Shown here piece after piece: positions 13,690-27,820 of a stretch of 64,000 bases of DNA (its first letter is position 1; each line of letters begins with the position of its first letter). Below the pieces are notes generated by a model. That model did no database searches. It was not told the origin of the DNA and saw only the letters and a program-made list of their open reading frames with translations. Source of the stretch: Octopus vulgaris (lineage: Eukaryota). The stretch spans positions 138,632,001-138,696,000 of the forward strand of contig OX597814.1 of NCBI GenBank assembly GCA_951406725.2, written 5' to 3'. A program made the translations under genes and the position numbers.

Positions 13690-13913
13690 TTACAGCATTA
13701 ATGTGAACCAGATGGCAGTCCTTTGGTAGAATCAAAGCCATTAACTTTTAGACGCTACAAGTCGATTATTTCGATTCCAGTTTTTGACTGATACTTTGTT
13801 TTATCAAGTCTCGAAGGGATGAAAGGCAAATTTCACCTTTGTGAACTCAGAAAATAAAAAATCGGAAGAAATTTTGCTAAGCATTTTGTTCGACGTGTTA
13901 ACGATTCTGCCAG
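13690..13913 (-). mobile_element. SINE C copy abutting the broken end of the Tc1 element
   Basis: Core GGGATGAAAGGCAAA...GAACTCAGAA and head GTTAACGATTCTGCCAGC. Confidence 0.7.
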
Positions 13914-15006
13914 CAATTTAGCAATTGATAGCTCTAAAACATCTAATAGCATGGAAACATAGGTAGCTGAATTCACCCCTCCCTGACATAAAAACATTTC
14001 TCCGGGTCCTGTGGGAGACATGCAGCCCACACCATGATGGAACCACCCCCATGTTTTAAGGTTGGTACCAGACATTCAGCCTTAAATGCTTTCCGAACAC
14101 TGCGATGCATAAAAGTTGCTCCAGATGTACCGAAAACGTGAGCAAAAATATGAAAAATGATATTAGCTTTACTTTGGATACTTTTTTAAAATATATTTTG
14201 GATAACAAACCAGATACATTAAGTTTATATGTTGATGAATACATTTACTTTCTTACCCCAAAGTTACTTTCATTAGATCATACGACTTTCGACCATTGCT
14301 CACTGGTCCAATTTGAGTGGTTTTTGGCCCACTGAAGATGTTTTCCCATATTCGTTTCAGAGACCCATGGCTTTTTCCTGGCTTTACAGCCTTTCAGACC
14401 GTACTCTACAAGCTTTCTTCTAATAGTGCTAGTTGATATTTGTGAAGTACTTGCCTCATTAAAGTCCAAACAGAGCTCCAACTGTGTTTTTCTCCTATTT
14501 CTGAGTGACTGGTCGATGATGGATCTGTCATTACGAGATGATGTAACCTTTTTTTCTACCTGCTCTTTGTACTGTCTTCATATCTTTTGTCTCAGATAGT
14601 CGTTTGCACCGCCTATCGAGAACATTTCATCTTCTGAGCAATTTGCCTATCAGACATTCCATCTTCATAATGAACTACGATTTGAACTCGCTCATACTCA
14701 CACAACTCCCTTTGTTTTAGGTATTTTACTGTTTATTAACTGTATCTACAACGTATTTTAGCATAAAACTCTGAAATATACAAGGAAACATAAGTTAATT
14801 TTGGACGTTGGTCTTACTCATAATTGGTTGCATTTGAGCAGAACAGTATAAGAGAGGTAATTGATGCTAAAGGAGGGTCAACTAGATATTAAAATTAATA
14901 TGTATTGTGAAATATACCATAATCTACCATGTGCACGAGTTTCATTAACATTGAGACAGTAGAACCCCAAAGCATTGGGGTGGCCTAATACTTTTGGCAA
15001 AGGCTG
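13914..15006 (-). mobile_element. Tc1-family transposon, 3'-truncated, with intron-containing transposase pseudogene
   Basis: TA-CAGCCTTTGCCAAAAGTATTAGGCCACC end; translation TIRRKLVEYGLKGCKARKKP...W.KVV*SNESNFG|VFGTSG...PTLKHGGGSIMVW..CMS...VNSATYVSML. Confidence 0.9.
14138..14256 (-). other. 119-nt spliceosomal intron in the Tc1 transposase (acceptor mutated to CAC)
   Basis: GTAAGA donor, GCTAAT branch-like site and pyrimidine tract; removal joins SNESNFG and VFGTSG in frame. Confidence 0.75.
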
Positions 15007-15104
15007 TATATATATATATATAACAACAATTTGATAAATAAAACATATGCATATATACATATATGTACATACCTACATCTATATGTATATATACATGCAT
15101 ATAT

Positions 15105-15615
15105 GGGTACAGGACACCACAAATAAACGTAGAACACAACGAGAAACGAAAACGTAAAAACAAAACAAGGAATCGGACTTTCTTTAACAACGAAAAAACA
15201 GAGTACAAGACAAACAACGCAAGGAACATTCCCCTTCTTCAGCTGCCCCTGTTTTGACTCATTGCGTGTTTTGAAGGTAAGGGCAGAACACGACTACATT
15301 GAAACAATCCTTCCCGCAAAGCGAATTAAATAAAAAAATTTGCGGAGGGGTAAAAAAAGGTGACAAGAACAGGACGGAAAAAAAATACGAATAAAGAAAA
15401 AAAACAGTAGAAATAAAGATAAAAACGTTAAAAGACAGGACAAGGAAACCAACAATAAGGGCTTTTTAAGCCTAGACGGTGGAAAAATTCATTTGAACGC
15501 ATTCTGAAGAAGAGTTTGCAAGGACAGAAAAAGGCGATGTTGACTTGTTGAAGGCAGTAGACAGAAAGAAAGTTAGTAGCTCTCTGGTCAGCGACGAGAG
15601 CGAGAACGAGGAGGA
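15105..15615. repeat. A-rich interspersed repeat, possibly a PLE terminal region
   Basis: Begins next to a TA-rich microsatellite; composition resembles the other PLE termini; no clear ribozyme fold. Confidence 0.3.
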
Positions 15616-15623
15616 ACGGTGAT

Positions 15624-15931
15624 GGCGCAATGGCCCAGTGGTTAGGACAGCGGACTCGCGGGCGGAGGATCGCGGTTTCGATTCCCAGACCGGGCGTTGT
15701 TAGTGTTTATTGAGCGAAAACACTTGAAGCTCCACGAGGCTCCGGCAGGGGGTGGTAGCGATCCGTGCTGTACTCTTTCGCCACAACTTTCTCTCACTCT
15801 TTCTTCTGTTGGCCTGCTCGCTTAACCCGCGGGGTGGCGTCATTTGAAGGGTAAAACAATGCGAAGCGCATTGTGACCAGCGATGTGTAGCAACATCTGA
15901 TAGCCTGGTCGGTCACGGTGATCACGGTGAT
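15624..15931 (+). mobile_element. SINE family B (tRNA head with A/B boxes, CORE-like body, (CACGGTGAT)n tail)
   Basis: A box TGGCCCAGTGG, B box-like GTTTCGATTCC; closely similar copies at 18621-19129 and 32534-32837. Confidence 0.9.
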
Positions 15932-15936
15932 ATATA

Positions 15937-15972
<36 letters not shown>

Positions 15973-16521
15973 TGTATGTATGTATGTACGTATGTATGTA
16001 TGTATGTGTGTATATTTGTTTCTAATGACGTAAGCTTAAACACCTTGTATTTTGTCATTATTTATTGGGCTTTCTTTATATTTGAAATCTTTTTAAAAAT
16101 GTGTTTGTGTGCGTGTGTACACACACACACATATATATATATATACATATATATATGTTTGTACGTGCTTATAAGTAGTTATAAGCTTACTGGAGAAGTG
16201 GAGACGAGTTAAATAAATTCCAAAGGAAAACGGTAGACTTTGAATTTAAATATTATGTTGAAACCTAATTACAATTTTGGGTAATTCAATTTAGACAAAT
16301 TTGGCGTATATTACAACCATCTGTGTTTTTTTTTGCTTTTAATTTTGTATTGTTCTTTGTTATTTACTTTAAACCGTAACATTTTAGAAAACTTATTATG
16401 CATATACATACACACTAAGTGTGTACATGTATACATATGTATATATATATATATATATATATTTACACACATACATATATATAAACACATGTATGTACAC
16501 ATATAAATGAAGTTTTATGTT

Positions 16522-16560
<39 letters not shown>

Positions 16561-17262
16561 GCATGTATATATATGTATGTAAATATAAACATGTTTATAT
16601 CTATATATATATGTGTGTGAGTGTATGTGTATATATGTGTAAATGTGAATGTGAGAGCATTGAGTGTATTCCACCTCTGTCTCTGTACGAAGTTATACGC
16701 TTGGCTGATAAGTTATTACATCTTCTGCCAAAATCGGGACAACGATTGAATACACCACTTTCTCATGAGAAGTCGAACGAAAGCTAAATATAAACATATG
16801 CAAATTATATTTTAATTCATTATTCACCTCAGTGTTTTTACCGAGACAATCGTTATTTCATCATATTAATTTAAATATGGCCATTTAAAAGTTTTCAATG
16901 CGGAAAGACTTTGTAATTGAATTAGAGATTTTGTATTAAAAAAAAAACGCAGAAGCAATAAATGCTAATTTTTATTATCAAATTATAAACTGTTTTTGTT
17001 TACTAATAATAAATTTTGAATCTTAATTCGTGTATTTTTTCTCAGTTGATGGTACGTTTTGATCTGTAATATACCTTCAACCACAGAAGGACGTTACTGT
17101 TTTTAGAGACCAATTACTGGTCTGTTGAAAATAACAAGATCCAAAGTTAGGTACAAAATATTTAATAGATACTTGGACTCTTAAACAGCTGATTAACTAA
17201 AACATTTCTCTCCTCATATACATACACACGCACGCATGCACGTACGCATACACATACACATA

Positions 17263-17327
<65 letters not shown>

Positions 17328-17574
17328 ACCTCTAATTTAATTATATATATATAAACCACTATTGTTCCTGAAAGTAGTCTCTTATACCTTCTAAAGGCTG
17401 CTCAAAGTTTACTAACTTCCTACACTTTGATACTTCAATCTTACCAATATATATAGTACAGTTCTGTGATGGTAATACCAACAAAAAACTATTCCATCTG
17501 ATGAGAAACTAATAGTAGCCTATAAAAACATACATTGTGTTCATTAAATAACTATGTGTGTATGCCTGTATGTA

Positions 17575-17605
<31 letters not shown>

Positions 17606-17624
17606 TTTTTGTTTTTTTTGTTTT

Positions 17625-17670
17625 TCCAGTTTCAGCTCTTGAGCTGTGGCCATGCTGGGGCACCGCCATT
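17625..17670 (-). mobile_element. Short retroposon 3' end related to the SINE A tail
   Basis: Minus strand GGCGGTGCCCCAGCATGGCCACAGCTCAAGAGCTGAAAC; second copy at 22744-22802. Confidence 0.7.
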
Positions 17671-17774
17671 ATATAAAGTTAATCCAAGCAAGAAAGCACA
17701 AAAAAACACAACAACGCGAGGACGTGGAACAAATATAGTATTATTGGACGCTCAGGAAAAAGGAAAGAAGAAGG

Positions 17775-17809
17775 GTTTAACGTTTCGAGCGGAGCTCTTC
17801 GTCGGAAAC
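17775..17809 (-). ncRNA. Minimal type I hammerhead ribozyme (U4C variant) in a PLE-type terminus (~17680-17840)
   Basis: GUUU-CCGACGA-A-GAGC-UCC-GCUC-GAAACGU-U-AAAC: stems I and II pair, and stem III is palindromic. Confidence 0.75.
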
Positions 17810-18329
17810 ATAGGAGAAGGAAAGATCCAGAGAAGGGAAGACGTGTGTAAGTGTGTGTGTATATGTGTATGTGTGTGTTTGTGTGTGAGTGTGCGTACAC
17901 TCGGAGAACACACACACATTTTACGTCAAAAATATAGTTTCCTTATTCGTAATATCTATAATCTTTTTCATTATCGTCCCGTATGCAATTTTTTGTTATA
18001 ATCTTCATATTGTGGTCACCACTTGATTGAAACTCATTTTCGAATAGAGGCAATATTGCTATGACATTCAGTTGATTATTGACGAAAGTATTTTGGACAT
18101 GTTCACATACGTTTGTTTTATATCTTTCGGCTTTGTTTTCGCTCCTTCTAAGTTGCCCCTTTTTTGCCATCTTTGTCAGTATGTGTGTATGTGTCTGTGC
18201 GTGTATGTATTTGTGCATGCACATGTTTATATATTCCGGATAATATATATGTATATATATATATGTATATAATATACATATGTATATATATATGTATATA
18301 ATATATGTATATATATGTATATAATTTAC

Positions 18330-18361
<32 letters not shown>

Positions 18362-18362
18362 G

Positions 18363-18396
<34 letters not shown>

Positions 18397-18403
18397 AATT
18401 TAA

Positions 18404-19164
<761 letters not shown>

Positions 19165-19500
19165 TGAAACTCTGCTAACTAGCTGACTCATTTTATTATT
19201 TGTATACACATTAGCAAATCATCCATAAATGTTTATGGAGTAAACATATATGCTTGTGGCTGGGTTGTCCGGAAACTAGTGATCTGTGCCGACTCTTCTT
19301 ACGATGCTTCGGCCTAAAGCTGAAACAGTACGATAAAGGGATATCGCTATCGCCGCTCTCCGTCCATGTACGGTCCCTGGCAGCATGTATTTATAGAATT
19401 TTGTGTGCGTTGACAGCAATAACAGAGACCTTCAGCACTTATTTCTAGCAGTGTAGGTGTCCTAACACCCTCATTCATATTTAGTGACCTTTATTGTTTT

Positions 19501-19558
<58 letters not shown>

Positions 19559-20049
19559 GTGTGTGTGTGTGTGCGTATGCATAGATATACATATAAATGT
19601 GTATGCATGTGCAAATCTTTGTATGTGTATGTATAAAGAGATAAAAGCAATTATAAAGAGAGGGAAAGAGAGAGGCGGAGATAAATTGTAGCTGAGTATT
19701 GAGTTGACAACATCAATAGAATATTAGTAAATATGTGTCTAGACAGATCAGACAGTTTAGCCTTTTACACTATCTAAGCCTAAAGCATTGATGGTACAAA
19801 ACAATTCAATAAGTGTTCATATATGTACTGCAGAGAGGTAATATTACTTAAATAATTTCAGTGAATATGGGAGACAACTTCGGATATGTTTTGCCCTCAG
19901 TGTTACTTTATCAATGAAGCATAACCTTCACCGAAATGACTCACAGAATGCATACAGAATGACAGTACTGGCTATCATTTGAGAGCAGCATAAAGAGCAC
20001 CGTGTCCATTTTCTTTTGATCGGAAAGAGGAAACAGCTTTCTTCTTCTG

Positions 20050-20450
20050 TCTGGTGTTTATTTTAAAAGAGGTAGTGAAGCGACTAATCATAGGGCTTTA
20101 AGTATTCGACTAAACACTGATCAACATTTTGAAGGAAACTTTGAAGAGAAAGATGTATGACCAAACAAGAGATATTCAACTGGAAAATTTATGGAAGGTG
20201 AGCGAAAGTGACCAAGAGTGGCCAGTCTGGCCTGTAGGTGTCCGATTTTATCCAAGAGACACCAACAAGAGTATGGTACTCACCATTGGTTATCAGAATA
20301 AATTAGATTAGTGGGAGTGCCAGGCTGTCCCATTATTGGGGCCATTTTTTAATGCTTTGCTTGTTGATTTATAAGCCAGTTTTCCATATCTAACCACGGT
20401 GCAATTTTTTTATGCAAAATCTGCCAATCGTTGTTCTTGCGGCATAAAAT
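20050..20450 (-). mobile_element. Possible degenerate LINE AP-endonuclease fragment
   Basis: Broken translation RLADFA...AWHS...PDWPLLVTF resembles the RLLxF / TWxS / SDHxLL motifs; weak. Confidence 0.3.
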
Positions 20451-20460
20451 AAGCCTTTAT

Positions 20461-20495
20461 CATTATTATTATTATCATTACTATTATCATGATAA

Positions 20496-20568
<73 letters not shown>
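20461..20568. repeat. (ATT)n microsatellite
   Basis: Direct inspection. Confidence 0.95.
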
Positions 20569-20569
<1 letters not shown>

Positions 20570-21004
20570 GTCTCTATTGCTATTGTGGTATATGCTCCGT
20601 TTGCATTAATTTTCTAGCCCATTTTTATACATTATCGTACCAGCATTCATGTACTTCTTTTACAAAGAAAAAAGTTAAGTAACAAAATAAATGAATACAT
20701 GTATAATAAAATATATACCGTTCGTCTTCCCCTCTCTTTATCGCACACTCACTATATCAGCTGTCAAATGATATCCATTACAAATATATATGCAAATAAC
20801 AAAGAAAAAAAATGAAATGATATTGATTTGAACCAACGCGCTGGGGGTTATTATTTCAATGATTTAGCTATAGCAGTAAACTGATATCATAAAAAAACGC
20901 TGTGGACGATAGGACTTTGCTATAGACTTTATCGTTAGATACCAAGTTTTAGTTTCCTTCGTTACTCAGTGAAACGATTTAGCATTTTTCTTCATTTTCT
21001 TTTA

Positions 21005-21008
21005 ATAG

Positions 21009-21066
<58 letters not shown>

Positions 21067-21144
21067 CTTTCTTGATATATACATATATATATATATATAT
21101 ATATTATATTTATGTATATGTGTCTATGCATGTATTTATGCATT

Positions 21145-21207
<63 letters not shown>

Positions 21208-21258
21208 TATATATAGAGAGAGAGAAAGAGAGAGACAGAGAGAGACAGAGAGAAAGAG

Positions 21259-21295
<37 letters not shown>

Positions 21296-21317
21296 TATTG
21301 TAGATAGATAGACAGAC

Positions 21318-21361
<44 letters not shown>

Positions 21362-21365
21362 GGAA
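21005..21365. repeat. Compound (CTAT)n/(TA)n/(GA)n/(GATA)n microsatellite; one of dozens of such tracts in the window
   Basis: Direct inspection. Confidence 0.95.
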
Positions 21366-21674
21366 AGATGCACATATGCATGTGTAGGAATGTATATGCG
21401 CATATGCACACACACACGTATAGAAACATACATACACACCACACATATTATAAGGAAGATACCCTTTTTACGCTTCACATTTGAGAATTTGACAGTCTAA
21501 CAAGACATGAGACATACAAACAAGCGTGGATATAAACATGCTTATAAACGTGTTTATATCATTGCACATACAAACTTTTTTTACTCGATACTAGTTTGTG
21601 TGACTCAATTAATCCCAGCATAACCAGCCTTTATACACGGCATCAAATTTATTGCACGCTGTTGTTATATATAT

Positions 21675-22085
21675 TTATTTCTTTATTACCCACGGGGGCT
21701 AAGCATAGAGGGGACAAACAAGGACAGACAAAAGTATTAAGTCGAGTAGATTAACCCCAGTGCGTAACTGGTACTTAGTTTATCGACCACGAAAGGATAA
21801 ATGGCAAAGTTGACTGCGGCGGAATTTGAACTCAGAACGTAGCGGCAAACGAAATACCTATTTCTTTACTACCCACAAGGGGCTAAACACAGAGAGGACA
21901 AACAAGGACAGACAAACGTATCAAGTCGATTAGATCGACCCCAGTGCGTAACTGGTACTTATTTAATCGACCCCGAAAGGATGAAAGGCAAAGTCGACCT
22001 CACCGGAATTTGAACTCAGAACCTAACGGCATACGAAATACTGCTAAGCCTTTCACCCGGCATGCTTACGATTCTGCCAGCTCAC
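21675..22085 (-). mobile_element. SINE C with tandemly repeated body+tail units
   Basis: Two ~180-bp units (GGGGCTAA..A.AGAG.GGACAAACAAGGACAGAC...GAACTCAGAAC) and one head. Confidence 0.85.
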
Positions 22086-22743
22086 TACACTCACTGTTGT
22101 TATTGGTAATGATGAATTCAGTATTCGTGACTGATGGCGTGTAACCATGCAGAAACTCTGGTGTCTCACAATCCAATGAAGTCATTCATAGCTCGACGTT
22201 TTCACGTATGTTGCGTATGAGGAGACATTTCCCCCCACACTACTTCCACGTCCCCACTCTGCTACAACTACACATCAGCTTCATCCCGCCCTCATTCCAA
22301 TCCCAACCTCATTCTAGAGACATTTATCTCATACATCTCATCTGACATCAATCCAAGAGACACACAAACGAACAAAATTTTTCCTGTTTTTGTCTTTCAC
22401 GATATTTTCGTTCTGGATTTTACGATATCCGTAAACAGAAGATGATACTTCTTGATCTTCAGTGGTAGAGGTCCTACGCGACATTTTTTCTACATTTTTC
22501 TGAGGAATGCCGAGATTAGTTTTCCCAAACTCTCGCGTACGAAACCAGGAGATAAAATTGGCCAAAATGGGACTATGATATTGTATGAATGATTAATATA
22601 TACATATACATGCATCATCGGACAGGTTCCATCCCTATGTCCAAGAGTCAGCTTACTATACTTCTCCAGCTCCCTCTGTCAGTTCTCTCTATGTTGTGCT
22701 GTGTGTATACAATAAACCAGGCTCTGTTTTTCATTCCATTATT

Positions 22744-22802
22744 TGATTGATTGATTCTAGTTTCAGCTCATGAGCTGTGGCCATGCTGGGGCACCGCCAT
22801 TT
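22744..22802 (-). mobile_element. Short retroposon 3' end with (AATC)n tail
   Basis: Same sequence as 17625-17670; ATTTGATTG on both sides (possible TSD). Confidence 0.7.
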
Positions 22803-23039
22803 GATTGCATTAGTCCACAAACGTCTTTGACAAACGCTTGCTCTCTTCCCCTTTATTCTCCATTGCTCTGTACAATGTCAGAGTTTCTTCTTCACCGAAA
22901 ACAACTGCCATAACACAACAGTTTACAATGTTTTAGTTTTAGTTGAAGTGTTATGCTTTTAGAGGCGAAAATCCTTTTCCTTCTTATATATGTTGCTTTA
23001 ACCTTATTTCATGAATAACTTCCTTTACATAGAGATCTT

Positions 23040-23103
23040 CGCTGGGAATCGAACTCACGAAACGTGAGCCGAATGCCCCTAACCACTAAGCCACGTGCCT
23101 TCA
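23040..23103 (-). mobile_element. tRNA-derived SINE head (further family)
   Basis: Minus strand GTGAAGGCACGTGGCTTAGTGGTTAGGG...GAGTTCGATTCCCAGC (A and B boxes). Confidence 0.7.
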
Positions 23104-23148
23104 CAACTTATACACACAATCACACACACACACAGAAATACACGCATG

Positions 23149-23220
<72 letters not shown>

Positions 23221-23824
23221 TTCATAGATTGCTACTCCGAGGGTTGTACTACCGCATATAATCTACAAGTGAGTCTGGATTTACTAACAACAGAAAAAGA
23301 ACTCTTTACGTGGTGTCGGGCTAATTCATTTATTTTAGAATCTTTATGTCGTCACTACTTCTCTGAAATTTCTGTTTCCATTGTTAACACCCAGCCTCTC
23401 ACATCCATCACAGTACTATCTCTCTCAAACCATTTCCATTCATTACATCTTTATGCTCTCCTTCGTCTAGATCACGGCTCTTCTTACACCCACCTCCTTC
23501 CAAATTATTCTTACACTATCCTTCACCTCCCCCCTCTCCTCATTATCTCTCCATATCTTCTTTATCCTCCTTTTTAACAATGTTTTCGGAGACTTAAATT
23601 ATCAGTAATGTTTAACAGTGGAAAATTACGCCAGCTTATGAATGAAACTTTAATTTGGAAGATGAAGCTGCAGATGTCAAACTCATCAAATTAGTATTGT
23701 TATGAACAAATGGAGATTTTAACGGAGAAAAATCGATATGTTTTGGTCGGTAATAAGCCAGCAGTTCTATATATATGTGAGTGTGAGTATACATGTATGT
23801 GTGTGTATATGTATATACATATGA

Positions 23825-23903
<79 letters not shown>

Positions 23904-24989
23904 CAAACATACATATATATATATGTTTATGCGTATACATTTATATATCTCTGTGTATATAAGAATGTATATATGATTATATGAAAACATTTATGCACGG
24001 ATGTATGAGAAAACACCCACACACACATGTAGTAGAGCTTGAGGCGTATTCCCCAACAAAGCACACACAACTGAATACATGTATTCATACAAACATGTGT
24101 ATATGCGTAGAATATATATGTATGATATATGAGTGTCTGTATGTGTGTGTGTGTGTGAGTGCGTGTGCGCGTACATACATAGCAGTCCCGACATATATCA
24201 TGAGCTAGTATTTAAGCTCATACACCTATAAATATATAGAAATACGAACGCATTTACAGAAGCATACACACACACATATACGTATATATGCGTACACATC
24301 CACACACACATGCACCCAACACAAATATAGGCATACATATTTATTAGCCATTTCTATTGTATATGATTTGTGTATGTGTGTGTATGTGTATGAATGCGTT
24401 TGTGCATATTAGATACTAAGTAAACTCACTAGTCATAATGAGGAGCAATGATCCGAAAATGTACATTAATGAAGTTGCTGGATATATCAAAAGAATTATT
24501 CAAAAGATTGTAGTTGATGGGTTAAAAACGATGCATTGTTTGAAAAAAAATTGTAAAACATACGTTGTTTATATTCAACCAGTACAAATCTGATAAGGCC
24601 ATTTATTTTCTTTTGTTTCATCAAAATCGGTTTTCTCGATCAATCGGTTCTTAAAGCCATTTGATTCAAGAAATATATATCCAGCTTGCATTTATAGTGG
24701 CCCCGTTACCGTGCATTATCCACACACATCCGCATAGAAGGACCCAGTTGAAACTGATAAATCTACATACAATGGTAATATTTCCGACGTTTTCTTTCTT
24801 GTGAAAATTTTTGGACGCCCAGAGGCAAGTATTGGTCTGCAATAGAGATTGTAGGCAGAATGTTGGCATCGGGAAGGTTTCTTTAAATGCCAGCTAAGAG
24901 ACATGAAGGAATTACCAGATTTATGCTCCTAGCAAAATCATGCACTTGTTGGTTCTTTCTGAGTGAGTGTTCCGGCCGACCTGTTCAGT

Positions 24990-25200
24990 TCAAATTAGGT
25001 TCGATTGAAGGAGATTGTCCTTGAATATTCGTGTCAATCCGCTAGGGACTTAGTCCAGCAGATGGGATGTGTTCATGATACAGACGCCTGTCACCTTCAG
25101 TCGATAAACAAATCCAGCTGAAACGATACAGCGTGCTATTTCAACACGACAACGCTCGCTCTCACGTCGCTAATTTCGCCAAAACTGAGCTACTCAGATA
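24990..25200 (+). mobile_element. Mariner transposase fragment
   Basis: VLFQHDNARSHVA encoded at ~25133-25171. Confidence 0.7.
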
Positions 25201-27820
25201 TAATTTATTCCAAGTTGACACGCAATGGACACATGCAGTCGCTGGTAGTGAGACTTAAATGTACCTACAATTTAAGCAGGTTAGAATGACAATTTCTATT
25301 AATTAGCATGATTGCGAGGGAATGAAGTGCATTTCTTCCTATATTCGTCAAGATAAACTCTTAACTTAGCATGACTCTCTCTCCCTATACACACTCACGC
25401 ACACATACACACAAATACACACACACTCACGCATATACATATATATAACCTTTGTTCAGTGTTTTCCCTAGATAGATAGAGAGAAAGAGAGAGGGAGAGA
25501 AAGAACAGTGAGAGAGGGGGAGATAGTCAATCATAGATTTACACAAAAACTAAATGTGCTTTCATATTTTCAGTTTTTTTTTTTTTGCAATTTCTTCTTT
25601 TACAAACGGAAAATAGCAACAATAAAAGATAACGTACATCACTTTTGGCGCTTTGAAATGACTTTGAAATGAAACTTAAGTGAATACAAATTTTCCGTTA
25701 CATATTCAAAAATTTTTTCTCCTTGATGTTTTTCGCTATTATTAGTCTATTATTATTATTATTGCGTTGCTTTCTAATTAAGAATCATTGTCTCCGCAAT
25801 TCTGTTGTTTTCAAGAATCCACTATTTTCTTGATAAAAATATCAACAATCCTATTTGAAATATGCCTGTTGAGTTTATTATATAAATATCATTCCGACAA
25901 CTTTAAATGTCAAGTTGATGAATTAAATTAGAATTTATTTTTCCATCTTTATTTATTTGAAATTAGAAACGAAAGTATTTTCGGCCAGAAATTAAGTTCT
26001 GATGATAAAATATTTTCAAAAGATCACGAAAAATGTATCTAGTTAACTGTCTGGTTGAAACATTATTACATTATCTAAATATTATGCTTTTATAGTATTT
26101 CGTTCCGATAAATTAGTATTGTTGTTGCTCTGTTTGCATGGCCAGTAAGTTTAAACCACGTCCAATGAGATTATGTTACTGCGCCCCACTCTGTGCAAAC
26201 TATGCAATTGCTAAATTCTGATAAGGTTTCATTGAATTATTGTAATAACCCAGTAGATAAAGTAATGACATTTTAGAGGAAAGCCATAAGTTTATGTTTA
26301 AATATTTCATCACGCCATTGTTTCGGTAACATGGAAAATCAGTTGTGTAGGAGAAACAATGACAACGCGACGGAATAATTTCTTTGCTTGTTGAGGTCAT
26401 ATGATTTTAGAAACTCTGAGAGACATGAAAAAATCTTTTTTAATGGTGGGCCTCGAAGTATAGAAAGCTATAAATAATAGATTGTAAATATTGGGTTTAA
26501 AATCCCTGTGGATAGAAAATGTCGAAGACAGCCCGTGGGACATGAACCTACATCTTCTGTTAACATGACAGACGACTTTGCCTTTCCGGGATTAATAAGA
26601 CAATTATCTGGTCTTATTGAAGTTGTTTCGCTTGAGGCCAGCTCTGAATTATCAGACTTTTGATCAGTCCGCTCAAAACATCACAATACCCTCATTTAGG
26701 AGAAAACTGCGTATATAGGAATACCTTAAACGAATTGTTTATTCTTTTTATAAATTAGTAGGTGGTAATTTAATGTACATTTTGTTTTTTTTTCTTCCAC
26801 ATACAAACTCTCGGCTGTAGATAATGAATTATATTTAATACGTTTGCTTCGCAGCTTCGTGGCTTCTAGTTCGATTTGACTGCAAAACACTTTGGTTAAG
26901 CATTTTGTACAATACATGTTTGCCAAAGTTTTGTGATAGAAATTTGATATGTGAAAACTACATGGATGAAGTTGGGTGTATCATTTGCATTCTTAAGTAT
27001 CACTAGGTTTAACATTGCTAAAAGGTCCTTGAATGGCTTTATCAACTTTTGCTCCCATTTGTCTCTGAAGCCTGCTTGAATGTAGCGATTCGCCTTACAC
27101 GTACAGCGGTCGGATCATTGGCTATCATCCCATTTCTAAATACATGTCATCTACTTGAGTCGGACACAGATCATTAGGTAATAGAAAAACATAGCTTCTC
27201 TACCAATTGCCTTGCGAATATATTTTATTGAAACCTCCTTGCATCACCCTTGATTCATTATTTCTGGATTGTCTTTAAAAGTAAAGTCATGAGTAGACTT
27301 CATAAATCACCAAAAGGTTTTGTACCTGTAATGTATTTAAAGGACAGATAATAGGAAATTGTGATCGTGAATTTCCAAAAGAATTAGTAACGTAAGTGAA
27401 GTAAAATTAGCGATGAAAAGTAAAGTGAAATAATCTCATACAAATGGTGAAATCAAATTTCGGGCATGGTTAACAGGAAGCTTGTCTTTTACGACCATTG
27501 CTTTAATCAGTCACCCTTATAGCATATACGCATCATACACTTACACAAGTATGCCATGCAAATAACAGATACATACACACATATATATATATACATTTAT
27601 ATTTATATTTATATTCATGTTTTTTATAATAATTACTGGTATCCTTATATATTACTATATTTTATATTTTATAGCGTATATTTAAAGAATAATATGCTAT
27701 ATGTATGTTATTATAATTATCAGTTTAATAAATAAATAAGTTAACATAATTTAATGTCCAAAAGTTGATGAACCACCTATTGTTATTCTCCATTTTCTTA
27801 TTTGCTATATATATATACAC

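Noticed and set aside
15215-15295. Hammerhead-like CTGAAGA motif on the minus strand
   Set aside because: No correctly placed GAAA or stem III could be built.
17489-17517. CTGATGA directly followed by GAAAC
   Set aside because: No stem II; could be a deleted HHR but cannot be supported from one copy.
26520-26590. tRNA-like sequence on the minus strand
   Set aside because: An anticodon-like hairpin is present, but there is no complete cloverleaf or acceptor stem; at most a decayed SINE head.
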